NCBI RefSeq assembly: GCF_963506605.1 | Contig: NC_083286.1 | Coordinates: forward strand, 32,674,001-32,738,000 | DNA from: Zootoca vivipara | Lineage: Eukaryota | Direction: 5' to 3' | DNA: 64,000 nt | Part shown: piece by piece, positions 1 to 12,186 of the stretch | Position numbering within the stretch: the first letter of the stretch is position 1 | How the letters are laid out: the number at the start of each line of letters is the position of its first letter | The notes under the pieces: generated by a model | Database searches by the model: none | Told to the model about the DNA's origin: nothing | What the model saw: only the letters and a program-made list of their open reading frames with translations | Position numbers and translations under genes: made by a program

Positions 1-181
1 AGTCTAGGAATCAGCATGTTTTTACATGAGTAGAATGTGTCCTTTTATTTAAAATGCATCTCTGGGTTATTTGTGGGGCATAGGAATTCATTCATACTTT
101 TTTTCAAAATATAGTCTGGCCCCCCACAAGGTCTGAGGGACAGTGGACCGGCCCCCTGCTGAAAAAGTTTGCTGACCCCTG
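1..181 (+). mobile_element. Non-autonomous hAT (Charlie-like) element, right part
   Basis: Ends in the TIR AAAAAGTTTGCTGACCCCTG; closely similar to the copy at 46267-46516. Confidence 0.75.
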
Positions 182-808
182 AATTCAGACCCATTGAAAA
201 TAATGAACATGACGGACATATCTACTCTGAGTAAAAGTTAGCTGAATACCACCCATCATTTTTTAATTCTGTCTTCCTTTTGCATAATATGCCACAAACT
301 GAATTTGGGGTAGAATAGGAAGTACATGTATATACCTCTTCTTTCTTGAGGAAGAACAGCTAATCAAAACTGGACATTTTAATGATTCTGAGACTTTCTC
401 CAAGGTGCAGCCAAGCAAGCCAGTTACACTGTGAGCAGGTGCTCATAAACATCTTGAGATGCTCTCCCTCCTGTTCAATCTTTCCTATCATTCTCAGGCT
501 ATAGCACTGCACATCTTTTGCTTAGCCACCTCTACTTCTAGACATACCCAGTCCCACCCAAAGGAAGAGGAAAGGGTATACCGTATTTACACTGCAGTAA
601 GAACGCAGTGTTTCAGTGCGGTCAGTACTGAATGGGAGGCTTTATTCATCTTCCTTGTTTGTTTGTTTGTTTGTACATCCTATTTCTAGACTGTCCATCA
701 ATTAAAGTTCTCTGGGTGATTTCAAAAAGTCAATAAATACAGTAAAATCAATAAAATACTATCAAAAAAAGTGTCATAAAAACTCAGAATCAGCTTAGAA
801 ACAGGCCA

Positions 809-810
<2 letters not shown>

Positions 811-866
<56 letters not shown>
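811..866. repeat. (AT)28 microsatellite
   Basis: Perfect AT run. Confidence 0.98.
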
Positions 867-869
<3 letters not shown>

Positions 870-1143
870 GTAAGCACAAAAAAACCCCAACAAAGGCAAA
901 GCAATTTGTGCTTTGATATACATCAAAGAAAGAAACTTTGGCAGTGGGGGGGGGAGAGTTTGTATTTTTTTTCTAAGTTTGGGTTTTGGAACATAATTTA
1001 GGTGTCAGAGCAGACCATAGCCAGGGCACCACCACTGAGAAGGCCCGTTTTATGCAAAGGAAGACTCTCTTGTCAGAGAACTAAAGCCACACAATGTCCT
1101 AAATCCTTGGCCAGGTTCTCATATGGACAAAAAGCTTCCATAC

Positions 1144-3115
1144 TGAAATATACTCGGAGTCGAGACATGGGTGTACCCAGCATGGGGCAGGGGGGTGCAG
1201 CTGCCCCCCCTAGAAGGCCAAACCGTGGGCCCGACTAGGGAAGCAAATACCCTGCGCAGGCGCTCCACTTGTTGACACGGGAGGGGGGGGAGGAAACACT
1301 GCTGGTGCCGTGGCTCCTCGGCGGCGGCTCCTCCTCTCAGCCCGCCCTGCCTACATTTGCACCAATCCCCGCCCACTAAAGCCTTCGCGCCTCCCAATGG
1401 AAAGCCCTGCCGGGCGGCAACCTCTCCTGCCTAAGAGTTCTGCTGGGTTGGCAAGCGAAGGAGACGCGGCTCCCTGCATTGGTTGCAGCTGCTGCCGCAC
1501 TCTGCCTCCCAGTAGGCTGCACTGCGATCGTCGGCGCCGCAGGCTGGGAATCGCCCCCTTCCCCCCTCCGCACCCCCTACCACCCCTGAGTTAGGAGTTG
1601 TTACTGGGACTCCTCCTGGGCCGGGAGATGAAGTGCACCGACAGGAGCCAGTTCAGCCTTGGTGGGCAGAAACCTGCAAAGGAGGAGTGGAGGGCAGCGC
1701 CCAATGGCGGTGGTTGTGGCTGCTGCAAGGAAGCTGCGTGGGGGCGTTTGCACCGGATTGCTGGCGGCAGGAGTAGCCCAGCGGCAGTGACCCTTCCTCG
1801 CCGCCCCCCACTGCCGGCAATAGGAAAGGAGCTGCCTTGGGGGGCGGCACAGCTCTCCGCTCCCCCTGCGTGCATTGCCCTCTCCAGGCATTGGCTGCTG
1901 TTTCCTTCTTTGCAATGCGCCCCCCCAGCTGCTCTCCCTTGCTGCCCCTGCCAAGAGAGGGGCGTTGAGGGCGGGGGAGCCACTGCCGCAGCCATAGGGT
2001 CGCAGCTGAGGGGGGGCTCGCCTGCGCTGCGCCACCCCACCTTTCCCATCTTTTGCTCCCTTGCGATGGGGAGGCAGTGGTGGCAGCTTCATCTTCTTCT
2101 TTGAGGGTCTCAGCTTGGCGGGGGGGTCCCCAGAATCCTCCCAGGCCACGGGGGGTGGCCCTCCAGGACTAGCAGACCTCTGAGCTCCTTCCCCATCCCA
2201 GATATATAGGGTGGGAACTGGCAAGGCTTCGGGGGGACCTGGAGGAGGGAAAGCGGGGCCCAAAGGGTTTTTTCAGGGGGGTGGCTAGCCGTAAATGGGT
2301 GGGAGCGGTGTTTTCAGAGCAGGGCCATCTTAAGCATACCTGGCACCATGGTGGTATGGATCCCTCTGGTGCCCCCACCCACCCCGTTTCCCAGGGGGTG
2401 CTGCCCGCCCCCTGTTGTGACGCCCCTGCGCGCGGCGGAGGCGGCCCCAGGCCCGCGCCTCTCCGGAAAGCAGCCTGAAGCTGTTGAACAGCTGAGAGGC
2501 ACGCCTGGGGCGGCCTCCGCCGCGCCTCTCAGCCGGCGCAGTGGCTTCAGAGCAGGGGAATTTCGTGTGAGAGAGTTTAGGGGGTTCATTTAGAGGCTGC
2601 AGTCGCCGCAGAGCCGTTGGGCCCGCTGGCCCTGTAGCCCCGCCCACATCCCCACTTTGTGGCCCCTCCCCTCCCATGCCTTGGCCCCGCCCCTGAACGA
2701 CCATAGCTTGCCCTCCCCTAGTTTTGATCCTGGGTACGCCCCTGAGTCGAGAGTGAATTTCATGCTCTTTATTCAACTCGTAGTCATCAAGGAGAACAAG
2801 AGAAGAAGAATGCCCTTTTCCCAAAACCATCTGCTTATATACATTATTTACACAATGGGTTTTGCGTGATTGGCTACTTCATGGCCAATCAGTTTGTGGA
2901 TTGACTTCTGCCAGCAGCCTGATTGGCTGCAGCCTGCTCCTGCAGGCCAATCAGTTTGTGGATTCACTTCTGCCAGCCGCCTGATTGGCTGCTCCTGCAG
3001 GCCAATCAGGTTGCGGATTCACTTCCACCTGGAGTTGGATTGGGTGGCTCCTGCGGACCAATCAGACTGCTGATTCTGGATCCTATTGTTCTATGATTCA
3101 GCTCAGTACATAACA
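1144..3115 (-). mobile_element. Solo LTR (~385 bp net) split by a hAT insertion
   Basis: TG...CA termini; 5-bp TSD CATAC (1139-1143 / 3116-3120). On the minus strand: repeated CCAAT boxes (2865-3065), TATATAAG (~2834-2841), then AATAAA (2767-2772). Confidence 0.75.
1166..2744. mobile_element. GC-rich non-autonomous hAT element (1579 bp)
   Basis: TIRs CATGGGTGTACCCAG / CTGGGTACGCCCCTG; perfect 8-bp TSD AGTCGAGA (1158-1165, 2745-2752). Confidence 0.88.
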
Positions 3116-3199
3116 CATACTTTTTAAAAAATCATAAATTGTACACAGTAACCAAGAACATTGGTGCCACATCATTCAAAAAGAAGTTGAAAACCTTAC

Positions 3200-3240
3200 C
3201 ATTTCTTTGTAGCAAGTCTTGGTCAGAGAATGCAAAGAAA
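3200..3240 (-). CDS. ATP6AP1L: ATP6AP1L putative exon 3 (FFAFSDQDLLQRN), 41 nt; gene continues beyond the window start
   Basis: Strong tctgctttgttgcag acceptor and G|GTAAGG donor; frame-compatible with exon 2. Confidence 0.5.
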
Positions 3241-6200
3241 CTGCAACAAAGCAGACACACAAAACAGTAAATCAGCACTATTCTCTCAACTTCTGGACCA
3301 TACTTATGCTGGGGAAGATCAGTGTTTAGCTAAAGCAGAGCTGCAAGATAACACGAAAAACAATGCATTCATTAAATGCAAATGAAATCTCAAAGGCCAC
3401 AGAAAACACAGCCTTAACTAGCCAGCATGTTGTCCATTCTGTGGCTATAGCTAGTAGGTCCATTTTCTTACACATTGGGATGTCTTCTTGCAGACACTGA
3501 CTATTGTCCACCCCACTGTTCTAGGCTCATTTTGCGACTGGGAATTTCATTAGTGCGAGCAGTTTCTGAGCTCTGAGCCCAGTACTGCGCCTAAGATTTC
3601 AGATAAAAGCTACAGAGTGGGAAACTACCTCCCCACTTCCAGCTACTCTCTGAAGACTAGAGAAGAGACCCTCTTAAGAATATTGGGGGGCGGGTAGGCA
3701 GGGGAAGGACTAGACCATGTGAAAAATGAACATAATGTTTTAGCTGCAGTTCATTCATTTTCAGCTTTGTATTCTTGTTATTTAAAAAGTGTGCCTAGAC
3801 TTTCTGTTGTTGCAGCCATAACCTAGGTTTAAGGTGCCATTTAGCTCCTAGCTTTCATATCTCTGTTTCTAACACTGTCTCCTTGGTACATCCTAACTAT
3901 TGGAATATCCATCATTTGCTTTCAGAACAATGGGCCTAAGAACTTCTGGGAAGGCACCCCAGCGACAGGGGTGTAGCTAGCTGCTCTGGCACCCAGAGTG
4001 GCAGGGGAGGGGCAAGCTGCCCATGGGGGCAGGGCAAGCTGCCCACAGAGTCCGCCTGGTGGACACAAGCCCCATGCTGCCGTTTCAGGCCACACACCCC
4101 ACACTCCCCTTCCTAAGCCCCTGCCCAGCGATTCTCAAAAGGATGTGGCAGAGCAAAGCCTCTTCGCCCTGGCACATCCTTTTGAGGATTGCTGTGGAAT
4201 GGGGGGGGCGTCCCCTCCCTGAAAATATTGGGGGCCCTTGCCCCCCCCCCAGGCCTCCCTAGATATCACCTCCTAGGTGCTTAGGTCCTGTTTGAGTGTT
4301 TCTGGTTGGCCAGTGTGAGAACAGGATGCTGGACTAAATGAGCAATTGGACATGTGCAGCTGGCTCTTCTTTTGATTTAATATTAATGCCATAAAAATAG
4401 ATTACAAAAGCCTGAGGGATCTGACAATATTCTGTAGCCCTGCTGATTTTTTTTTAAAAAATCACCAATACCCTTCACATCAACGCTTCTTGGTAGTTAG
4501 TGAGTGCCCATGTTTTAGACAGATAACACATACAAGAGAGAGAGAGAAATCTGCAAAATGTGCCAGGGGCAAAATTAATATGATTAATTGCATCTGTCTA
4601 GAAATGTGAGATAAGAGGACATAGCCAGGCCATATGGTTTAGAGGAGCACCTGGAGAATTCCACTTCCAGCACAGCTGCTGTGAAGGCCCTTCGTGTGAT
4701 GTTTGGAACGAAACGAAGGTTTATGTCACATTTGAAAAGTTCGTCTCAGAAGGAGCCTAATTGGTGTGAAACATCAATTCACAGCAAGAAGGTGGATATG
4801 CTTGTTTAGACGCCCAGCGAGGCGTATGGCGTGTCCCTGAGCAGTTGCTGTGAGATGCTGGTTCAGAATCTGACACTTATGGGAGGCTGCCTTCTGCCTC
4901 CCAGAAAACCACCAGAAAATGAAACCGTGTTTCACGCCAAAGTAACAAGATTCTACTCTCAGCAGGAAAACATCCACAAAGTGCTAAATGTGCACTCCCC
5001 AATGAAATATGCATCACTCTGCTAGGAACCTGGTGGCGAGAGTAATCTGCGAGCCTCTGCAGAATGCCACAGACTGACAGATACAAACAGCGAGCTTCCC
5101 ACTCCTCTAGGGAAGCAGGTGGTGTTTGTCACAAAGAAGCCTCTGCCTAGGATGGTTATCTGCTTCCTTGCAATTTGCAGACTCTCTTCGTTGCCGTTGT
5201 GTCTAGGAAACCGTGACACACTCCTTGCATGCTGGCATGTTCCATGGGCTTGTGTGAAGGTCTTGCAATGTGTTAAACATGGCCTAGGATTCATTCTGTG
5301 TGTTCAGTAGATTTCCCGTAACAACATATCTAAGGGATACAATACATGTTATGTGACATTTAAAGTAACTTTTCCAGGCACATTCCCCCCCCCTATTTTA
5401 GTGAATTAAGCACACACTGGAGGCTATAATTAAGAACAAAGGAAGAACAGGTGGAGAAGAGGCACTTAATGTTATCCTGACCACTGTTTTTCTTGTAAAA
5501 AAAAAACATCTTCTCAAACTTCTTTTCCATTACAGTATAAAACATATGAGTCTATCTATACCTTTCCCTATAGGGAGAAAAGCAACTGGGGTTGAGTAAT
5601 TTTAAGATGAAACAGAGATGGCAACCACCTGCCCTTCCAACCACTCCTGACTGCCATCTCCCTTGGCTGCTTTTCATTTTCTCATTTTATTTTTAAAAGC
5701 CATTTGTTGGCAGGTAAAGTTACATGTAACTCCATGTAGCACATAAAAGCACATTTTCCTCCCACAAAGAATTCTGGGCACTGCAGTTTGTTAAGGGTTG
5801 CTGGGAATTGGAACTCTGTGAGGGGGTAAACTACAGTGCCCAGAATTCTTTGAGGGAAGTCATATGTTTCAAATGTTCTGGAAAGGTATAGTGCATGCAC
5901 AGCCCAAGTTTGGCTCTGAAACAAAGTTCCATAACACAGCAATTTGCCTTCCTTGCCATGATGAGAGGGAGTCAAACCCTGGCAAGCAAGATGGCCTTAG
6001 CGCTGGAGCTACAGGCAATGTAAAACCCACATCTCTCACCTTCCCCATTCAGGTCAGAGCTGGAGATATGAGATGGGTAGGTCCTTTCTGCAGCGAAGGG
6101 ACACATACATAGCCTATATATCTGTTATATCCTTTCAGAGATTGCCATTGCCTGTGGCATCTGTGTCTATATTGTGAATGTTCTATATTGTCTCTGGTCA

Positions 6201-7189
6201 AATTGTTTTCTGACATTTTCATTGTATTTCAAACTGAACCCTGAAAAGACAAATCAGGATCTACTTAATGTCACCTCTCCACTGCCTTGTATGAAGCTAG
6301 AAGAAGCAGTTGCTGAGGCTATTCCCCTTCTTCATGGCCTTTGTACAGTTATAACATTACTGACATTTGATCAGAGTTGATGCCACAGTAGGGAAAGTCA
6401 ATTGTTGTTTCGCAGAACTAGTAATCTGTACACAGCCCATGATCCATGTGTTATATAATTTGGGCCTTCAAGCAAAATGCAATCTGGATGTAAACAGAGC
6501 AATATTATGCCCATTATATCATTTAATACCTGTGCGCTGCTTAGCTCATCTATACCAGATCTGTCACTAGCAGAACTGAAATTGGCTTAGCTCTAATGAA
6601 CGGCCCTGGAACAGCTAATCACTAAGTAATGCCCAATTACGTAAGATTATATGTATAAAAGCGTATAAGTGCCTACTTATCAGATGGCATTATCCATCAA
6701 GGTAACAAAATCTGGTTTGCTTATTGGGAAAAAAGGTCATGCAAGAGGAGAGAGTTTGTTAGCGATGAACTTGTTAATTAATATGACTGAATCACAGATG
6801 GTCCAGGGCTATGATGTTACAAAAAGGGGGGCATGATAAGGACTTGTATGTTGTATAACAGTAGGTTATTTTGTTTGATTTTGAACTACGTGTTTTAGAA
6901 AGCTTACTGGACTCAGTACAATTGCGTTTAAGCAATTAAGATGGTAGAATATGAGCTTGGCGTGCAAATCGTGTCAGGCGAACTTTCCAGGCACGTCCAG
7001 TTAAAAAGGATCAAATAGCAGGTGATGTGAAAGATATGAGACCCTGGGGAGCCACTGACAGTCAGAGTAGACAGTAATGGTTTATATGGACAAATAGAAA
7101 GGAACCTGCTTTATACTAAGTCCTATGTTCCCACAGTGATGTGCACATCCAATCAGCAGCAAGCAGAAGGCTGCGTAGTTGTGGTAATC

Positions 7190-7258
7190 TATCTGGATGT
7201 TGGACTGGATGACCCTCATGGCCCCTTCCAACTCTGACAATTCTAGGATTCTATGATA
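7190..7258 (+). mobile_element. CR1 LINE 3' tail fragment
   Basis: TTGGACTGGATGACCCTC...CCCTTCCAACTC...ATTCTAGGATTCTATGAT octamer-type tail. Confidence 0.65.
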
Positions 7259-7633
7259 ATGTCCCCCATTCATGACTTTCCACCTTAGCACTGCCTCATC
7301 ACTGAGGGACTACAGAGCAGCATCTCCACCCACTGTTAATGCCAAAACAAGAAGCTGAGCATAAAGTCTCTCAAAGAATTGCTTCCTACATGGGGACACC
7401 ACAATAGCTGATATTTTCATTTTATTTATTACCATTGCTCATTGGTGATTCTGCCTGCCTATTTGGACTCATGCAGGCCAGATGAGGCGTCTGGAATTCG
7501 GGCAAACCGATTCTCCACACTCACAACAGGCAAACATTTTCATCTGAAGCAACCTTAGTAGTGCAGACAATGAGATATATAAGAATATGTGTTTTATACG
7601 CATGTCGTTGTATATTCTTATACAACAACAATA

Positions 7634-7723
7634 CATAGCTGCCAAGTTATCCCTTTTTTACAGGGATTTTCCCTTATGCTGAATAGGCTTCCTCGCGAGA
7701 AAAGGGAAAACTTGGCAGCTATG
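7634..7723. mobile_element. 90-bp hAT MITE
   Basis: 15-bp TIR CATAGCTGCCAAGTT / AACTTGGCAGCTATG; 7/8 TSD (C/G)AACAATA. Confidence 0.8.
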
Positions 7724-8678
7724 GAACAATAATTTCAGCCTCCCTTGAGAAGAGGAGCGTCTTCCCTGAAGGACCTCCTGCTTTTATTTCCAGGTGTAAG
7801 TTTCCCCAGTGACTTTGGCACTAAATCAAGAATCACACCCTTTGGCAAACCACAGACATTGGTCGTAGTTATCACAGAGTGACACCAGACTCAAAGAGAA
7901 CCCTGCTTTCCAAACAGTGCAGATCACGTTCAAGACATACAGTATATAGATATATTTCCCACAAATATTTTTCTTGAAAGTTGATAGGCACAATGCAGTA
8001 GATACCATATATTCAGTACAGCATCACTGGCACACATCAATTTATGAAGTTCTGATTTAATAACTCTAAACCACTTTCAATGTTTTGTTTTGTTTACAAT
8101 CAAGAGGTATATAAATGGTATGGAATAAAACAAATAACTTCAACGGACACTTAATTGAAAAAGGCCCTTTACTCTAACAAGGAATTTTGTTTTGCTTATG
8201 AGCTCAGCTTCTGCAAGGTTTAACTTGCTTTCCTAACTCCTTTATCTTTGCTTTTTGCAGAAATTTAACATACATTGAAAGATACTGCAAACTTTAAAAT
8301 AGTATAAAGTAAAACAACTAGTTAAGTACCTCCTACTTACTAGTTAATGGTTGAGGAATGAACATGTCAGCTTTAAAAATCACCACCACCTCAAAATTAT
8401 GTTTCATGCATGTTAAACCAAGCATATGACCATGCTTTCATCAACATAAAATCAGACATCTGGAGCCAACTTGTGAACTGACCCTGTAAAGTTTTTTTAA
8501 AAAATTCAGTTCTTTGAAAGTTACATCACCCTACTCCGTGACGTGCAACACTCCTTAATTGGGAATCTACCATCATCAGAGCAAACAACTTAAATGTTAC
8601 AGTACATTTTAATTCATCAGTTAACCGAGCCACAGATCTCTTAATACAAGCTTAAGCAAATCACCACATGCCCGTTAC

Positions 8679-8876
8679 CCTAAATGCACAGATTTCATCA
8701 GTAGTTGTGTGATCCTCATCAGTGTTTTCTGACCTGTATGTGTTAAATGTATTAGTGGCTGCAAGACAAAATATTTAGAATTCAGTTTAGCTATTTCCCC
8801 TTTATGATTATTTCTCTTTGTTGCTTCCCTCAAGTCGACTCCCAACACCTGCTGAAATGTCTGAGATCCATTTATA
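8679..8876 (-). CDS. ATP6AP1L: ATP6AP1L putative exon 2 (SINGSQTFQQVLGVDLREATKRNNHKG...KSVHLG), 198 nt, phase 2/2
   Basis: tttcatttgtgcag acceptor; open in frame with exon 1 across AT-rich DNA up to a GG|GTAACG donor. The 3' boundary is less certain. Confidence 0.6.
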
Positions 8877-9472
8877 CTGCACAAATGAAACAGTGTGTTA
8901 CAGGTTCACAGCGATGAAAACAGGCGTGCTTAGATTAGGTTGCTTCTTCTTTTTTGTATAAAGCTCAAACTGCATCTACATTCATACAATAAGCTTCCTT
9001 TTGTGTGTTTTTCATTTTTAAAATGCCATCGACAATGTGTTCTGCAAGCATGTTTTACACCTACGCTGTTTTATTTATACCTCTGCTACTAACACTTCAG
9101 AAGGTGAAGTCACAAAAGCAGAGAGAAATGCAAAAGCGACTCATCTCTCATCTTCAAGCTTCAGCTATAAAATCACATGAAAGAGGATCCCATTAATGTG
9201 CAATTGACTATACAGTTTCTCAAGAGGAGTCCCATTGAAGTTCATAAGCCTGCTTTTAAGGAACTAGCTTACAGAATCTTTAAAGGCTGAAATGATTTGC
9301 TTTTGCATTAATTTTGCATTTTAAAAAGATATGTGTTTTTTATAAAAAACAAACAAACAAACAGCCACCTTGTAAATGTAAAATACAAGGTATGTTTACA
9401 GTCTCCCATGCATAAACAACATTTAATTCAGCTACACCCGTGCTATTTACAAATATTCACAAAATCGCTTAC

Positions 9473-9567
9473 CTCCTCTCCATCCTTCCAAATATTTGGT
9501 CCACAGAGGCTGAGAATCCTACACAGAAAAAGAGAAGTAAAAGCCTAAAGGTGGTGTTGCTTTCCAT
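9473..9567 (-). CDS. ATP6AP1L: V-type ATPase accessory subunit S1-like (Ac45-related) exon 1: MESNTTFRLLLLFFCVGFSASVDQIFGRMER
   Basis: ATG followed by a hydrophobic signal peptide and AG|GTAAGC donor (phase 2). Position and orientation beside RPS23 match ATP6AP1L synteny. Identification rests on synteny and recalled similarity, not on a search. Confidence 0.75.
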
Positions 9568-10392
9568 TGAGAAATGAATCGGTCCCTCCAGACCGAACAC
9601 ATCTGTTCATGTGTAGCAACGAAAGCTGAGCCAGTAGTCTCAGAAACCATGTGATGGATAGTACAGCCAACCAATGGGAAGCAGCATCTGAGGCCACATG
9701 GGCTACTCTGTACTCTCTATACATAGTAAGAGGCTGTCCAGAGCTGTCTTTCTCTATTGAATAGAGCCAGCTTTCTTTTATGACTTACAATTCATGCCAG
9801 CGAGGGGGGGAGACACAACTGAACACTTGAGGAAACAGAGCTGGCCATTAAGAAGCGTCTTTTGACAAGTGCGCTTCCGTACTAAAGCTCCCTAAATGAA
9901 GATAAGACTCCAGTTAGGGATGGGGGGGGGCAGATATCCTTTGAAATTCACAGTTCTCTGAATTTTTGCGATGCAGTTTTCAAAGCAAATACTGCGCACA
10001 AAAATGCACATCATCGTGGAAAAAATGTACAAAAAATGCATTCCACTAGAGGAAATTGCTTGCCCAAACGTGCTTGTTTAAATTGCATAGAAAACTGTGT
10101 GTAGTAGGAGAAATTTACACTAAAATGCTGACAAAGTTTTGTGAGAACCGTTTTAAAAAAATCGGTTTTAAAAAATCACAGTGATGTGAAAATATGAAGG
10201 ATTGGAACCCAAGTCTTTCTCATTCTAGCCCAGCACCACCACTCTGGATCTCTATCACTAATGGTTGGAAAGGGAGGGTGGGCTAAACTGCAAAATGTAA
10301 TAGATGCTCCTTTAGTACAACATTTCATTCAAGCGTCTCATTCGGATGAGGACATGACATGTTTTGTAATTTGGGTATATCTAGGTCCTGTA

Positions 10393-10742
10393 ATGGTAAA
10401 GGTAACTGACCATTAGGTCCAGTCATGACCGATTCTGGGGTTGCGGCGCTCATCTCGTATTATTGGCCAAGGGAGCTGGCATACAGCTTCCAGGTCATGT
10501 GGCCAGCATGACAAAGCCGCTTCTGGCAAACCAGAGCAGCACACAGAAATGCCGCTTACCTTCCCGCTATATCGGTACCTATTTATTTACTTGCACTTTG
10601 ACGTGCTTTCGAACTGCTAGGTTGGCAGGAGCTGGGAATGAGCAACGGGAGCTCACCCCGTCGCGGGGATTCAAACCGCCAACCGTCGGATCGGCAAGCC
10701 CTAGGCTCTGTGGTTTAACCCACAGCGCCACCCGCGTCCCCA
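10393..10742 (-). mobile_element. Sauria SINE, full length
   Basis: tRNA-like head GGGACGCGGGTGGCGCTGTGG, ACCTTT tail; 16-bp TSD ATATCTAGGTCCTGTA. Confidence 0.92.
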
Positions 10743-11067
10743 ATATCTAGGTCCTGTAGAATGAGCTAAAAAAAACCTCATGCAAAAAGAAACTAGATTT
10801 ATTTTTCTACTTGATTCCTTACAACTCTCAGGTCTGAATACTGAAATTGATTATAGTTGTTTTCAATTAGTTATTATTAATGTTTATATCTATAACACCT
10901 GTCCATTGATCAAGGTTTTTTTTTACATCTGTTGTGCTAAATGGGTCACTTTAAGAAGGAAACTTTGCAGCTGTAGATTGCAGTCACCTGTAACTAAAAT
11001 CAATACTGCGCCTGTCTATATAACCTTACATTGCAACAGTTGTTGTTTACTGCAGCAACCACTATGT

Positions 11068-11203
11068 CAGGCATCCCCAAACTGCAGCCCTCCAGATGTT
11101 TTTGCCTACAACTCCCATGATGCCTAGCTAACGGGACCAGTGGTCAGGGATGATAGGAATTGTAGTCCAAAACATCTGGAAGGCCGAAGTTTGGGGATGC
11201 CTG
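11068..11203. mobile_element. Palindromic hAT MITE (136 bp)
   Basis: TIR CAGGCATCCCCAAACT / AGTTTGGGGATGCCTG; same family as 25826-25961; degenerate relatives near 30810-30930, 43050-43170 and 60030-60150. Confidence 0.88.
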
Positions 11204-11813
11204 CACTCGGTCATAAGATCCATAATCTTGATATACTACATACGGTAAGTACACCTTTAGTAAAATTGTTTATATTGTTTATATTATTTTTATTTGTTAA
11301 AATATGTTGAAATACGACATTGTATTCATTTATATTACCAGTATTTAGAACATGTACAACTGACGAAGCCCAGGAGGGCGAACCAAGGCCATTATTCCAG
11401 AAATCCTTGTCACATATACGACATATGTGGAATAGAAACTAGCAAATATTTGGACTTTATGAATGAACTGATCTATTGGGACTTCTGTTTACTTTGTTGA
11501 ACTTTATGTGTTAATTATGTATGAGAGAAATATTTGATATTGTGGAAAATATAGACGAGCATTATTTATGTGAATGCATAGCCGGTTACGTCTTGTGTGT
11601 TTGTTGAATGGTTACCAAGAAGGGACAGGGCCACCTCACCCTTTCCCTGCCAGTAACTAGCAGTAACTCCAACATTAGGAAATCAGGTAAGCAGCACAGC
11701 CCCCCACTGCCTACTGGTGCAAAATGTAGCTTTATGTGGAGTAATGCATGAAAGCTTGAAACATCTGGGCAGCACGTATTGAAACAGGGACCTCCAGCGA
11801 GGAGATGTGTAAT

Positions 11814-12186
11814 CAGCGCCGGTGCTAGGGCTTTTTGCGCCCTAGGCTAAATCACCTTCTGGCGCCTCCACCCAGCACATGCGTCATGACGCGTGCACAA
11901 CGCCACTGACACTGCTGCGTCCCCTCCATAGGCGGGAGGGCGCTGAGCTCTCATTTTGGCTTGTGCGCCTCCCGCCTATGGAGGGGACGCTGTGAGCTTT
12001 TCAGCAGCGGCGGCAGCGAGTGAGCGGCGGCGGCGGCAGCAACAGCGCCCATAGCTGAAGGCTTTAGCTACGGGTGCTGCCGCCGCCGCCACCGCTCGCT
12101 CGTTGCTCCTGGCAGGCAGGCTCGACAGTGCCCCCTCCATTTCGGCGCCCTAGGCCTAGTTTGCCTAAATGGAGGTGCCGGCCCTG
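11814..12186. mobile_element. Non-autonomous hAT element with internal GC-rich hairpins
   Basis: Termini CAGCGCCGGTGCT / GGTGCCGGCCCTG; 7/8 TSD (T/C)GTGTAAT. Confidence 0.75.

Noticed and set aside
1002-2869. Overlapping 65-220 aa ORFs on both strands
   Set aside because: They fall almost entirely within a GC-rich hAT element bounded by TIRs and a TSD; low stop frequency explains them and no domain is recognisable.
8790-8805. Idea that ATP6AP1L exon 2 lost a GT donor after ...CATAAAG
   Set aside because: The frame stays open to a good in-phase donor at 8678, so a longer exon is the simpler explanation.
10463-10750. Recurring 'GHVASMTKPLLANQSS' ORFs (also near 25911, 29081 and 55213)
   Set aside because: Antisense translations of Sauria SINE copies, not a gene family.
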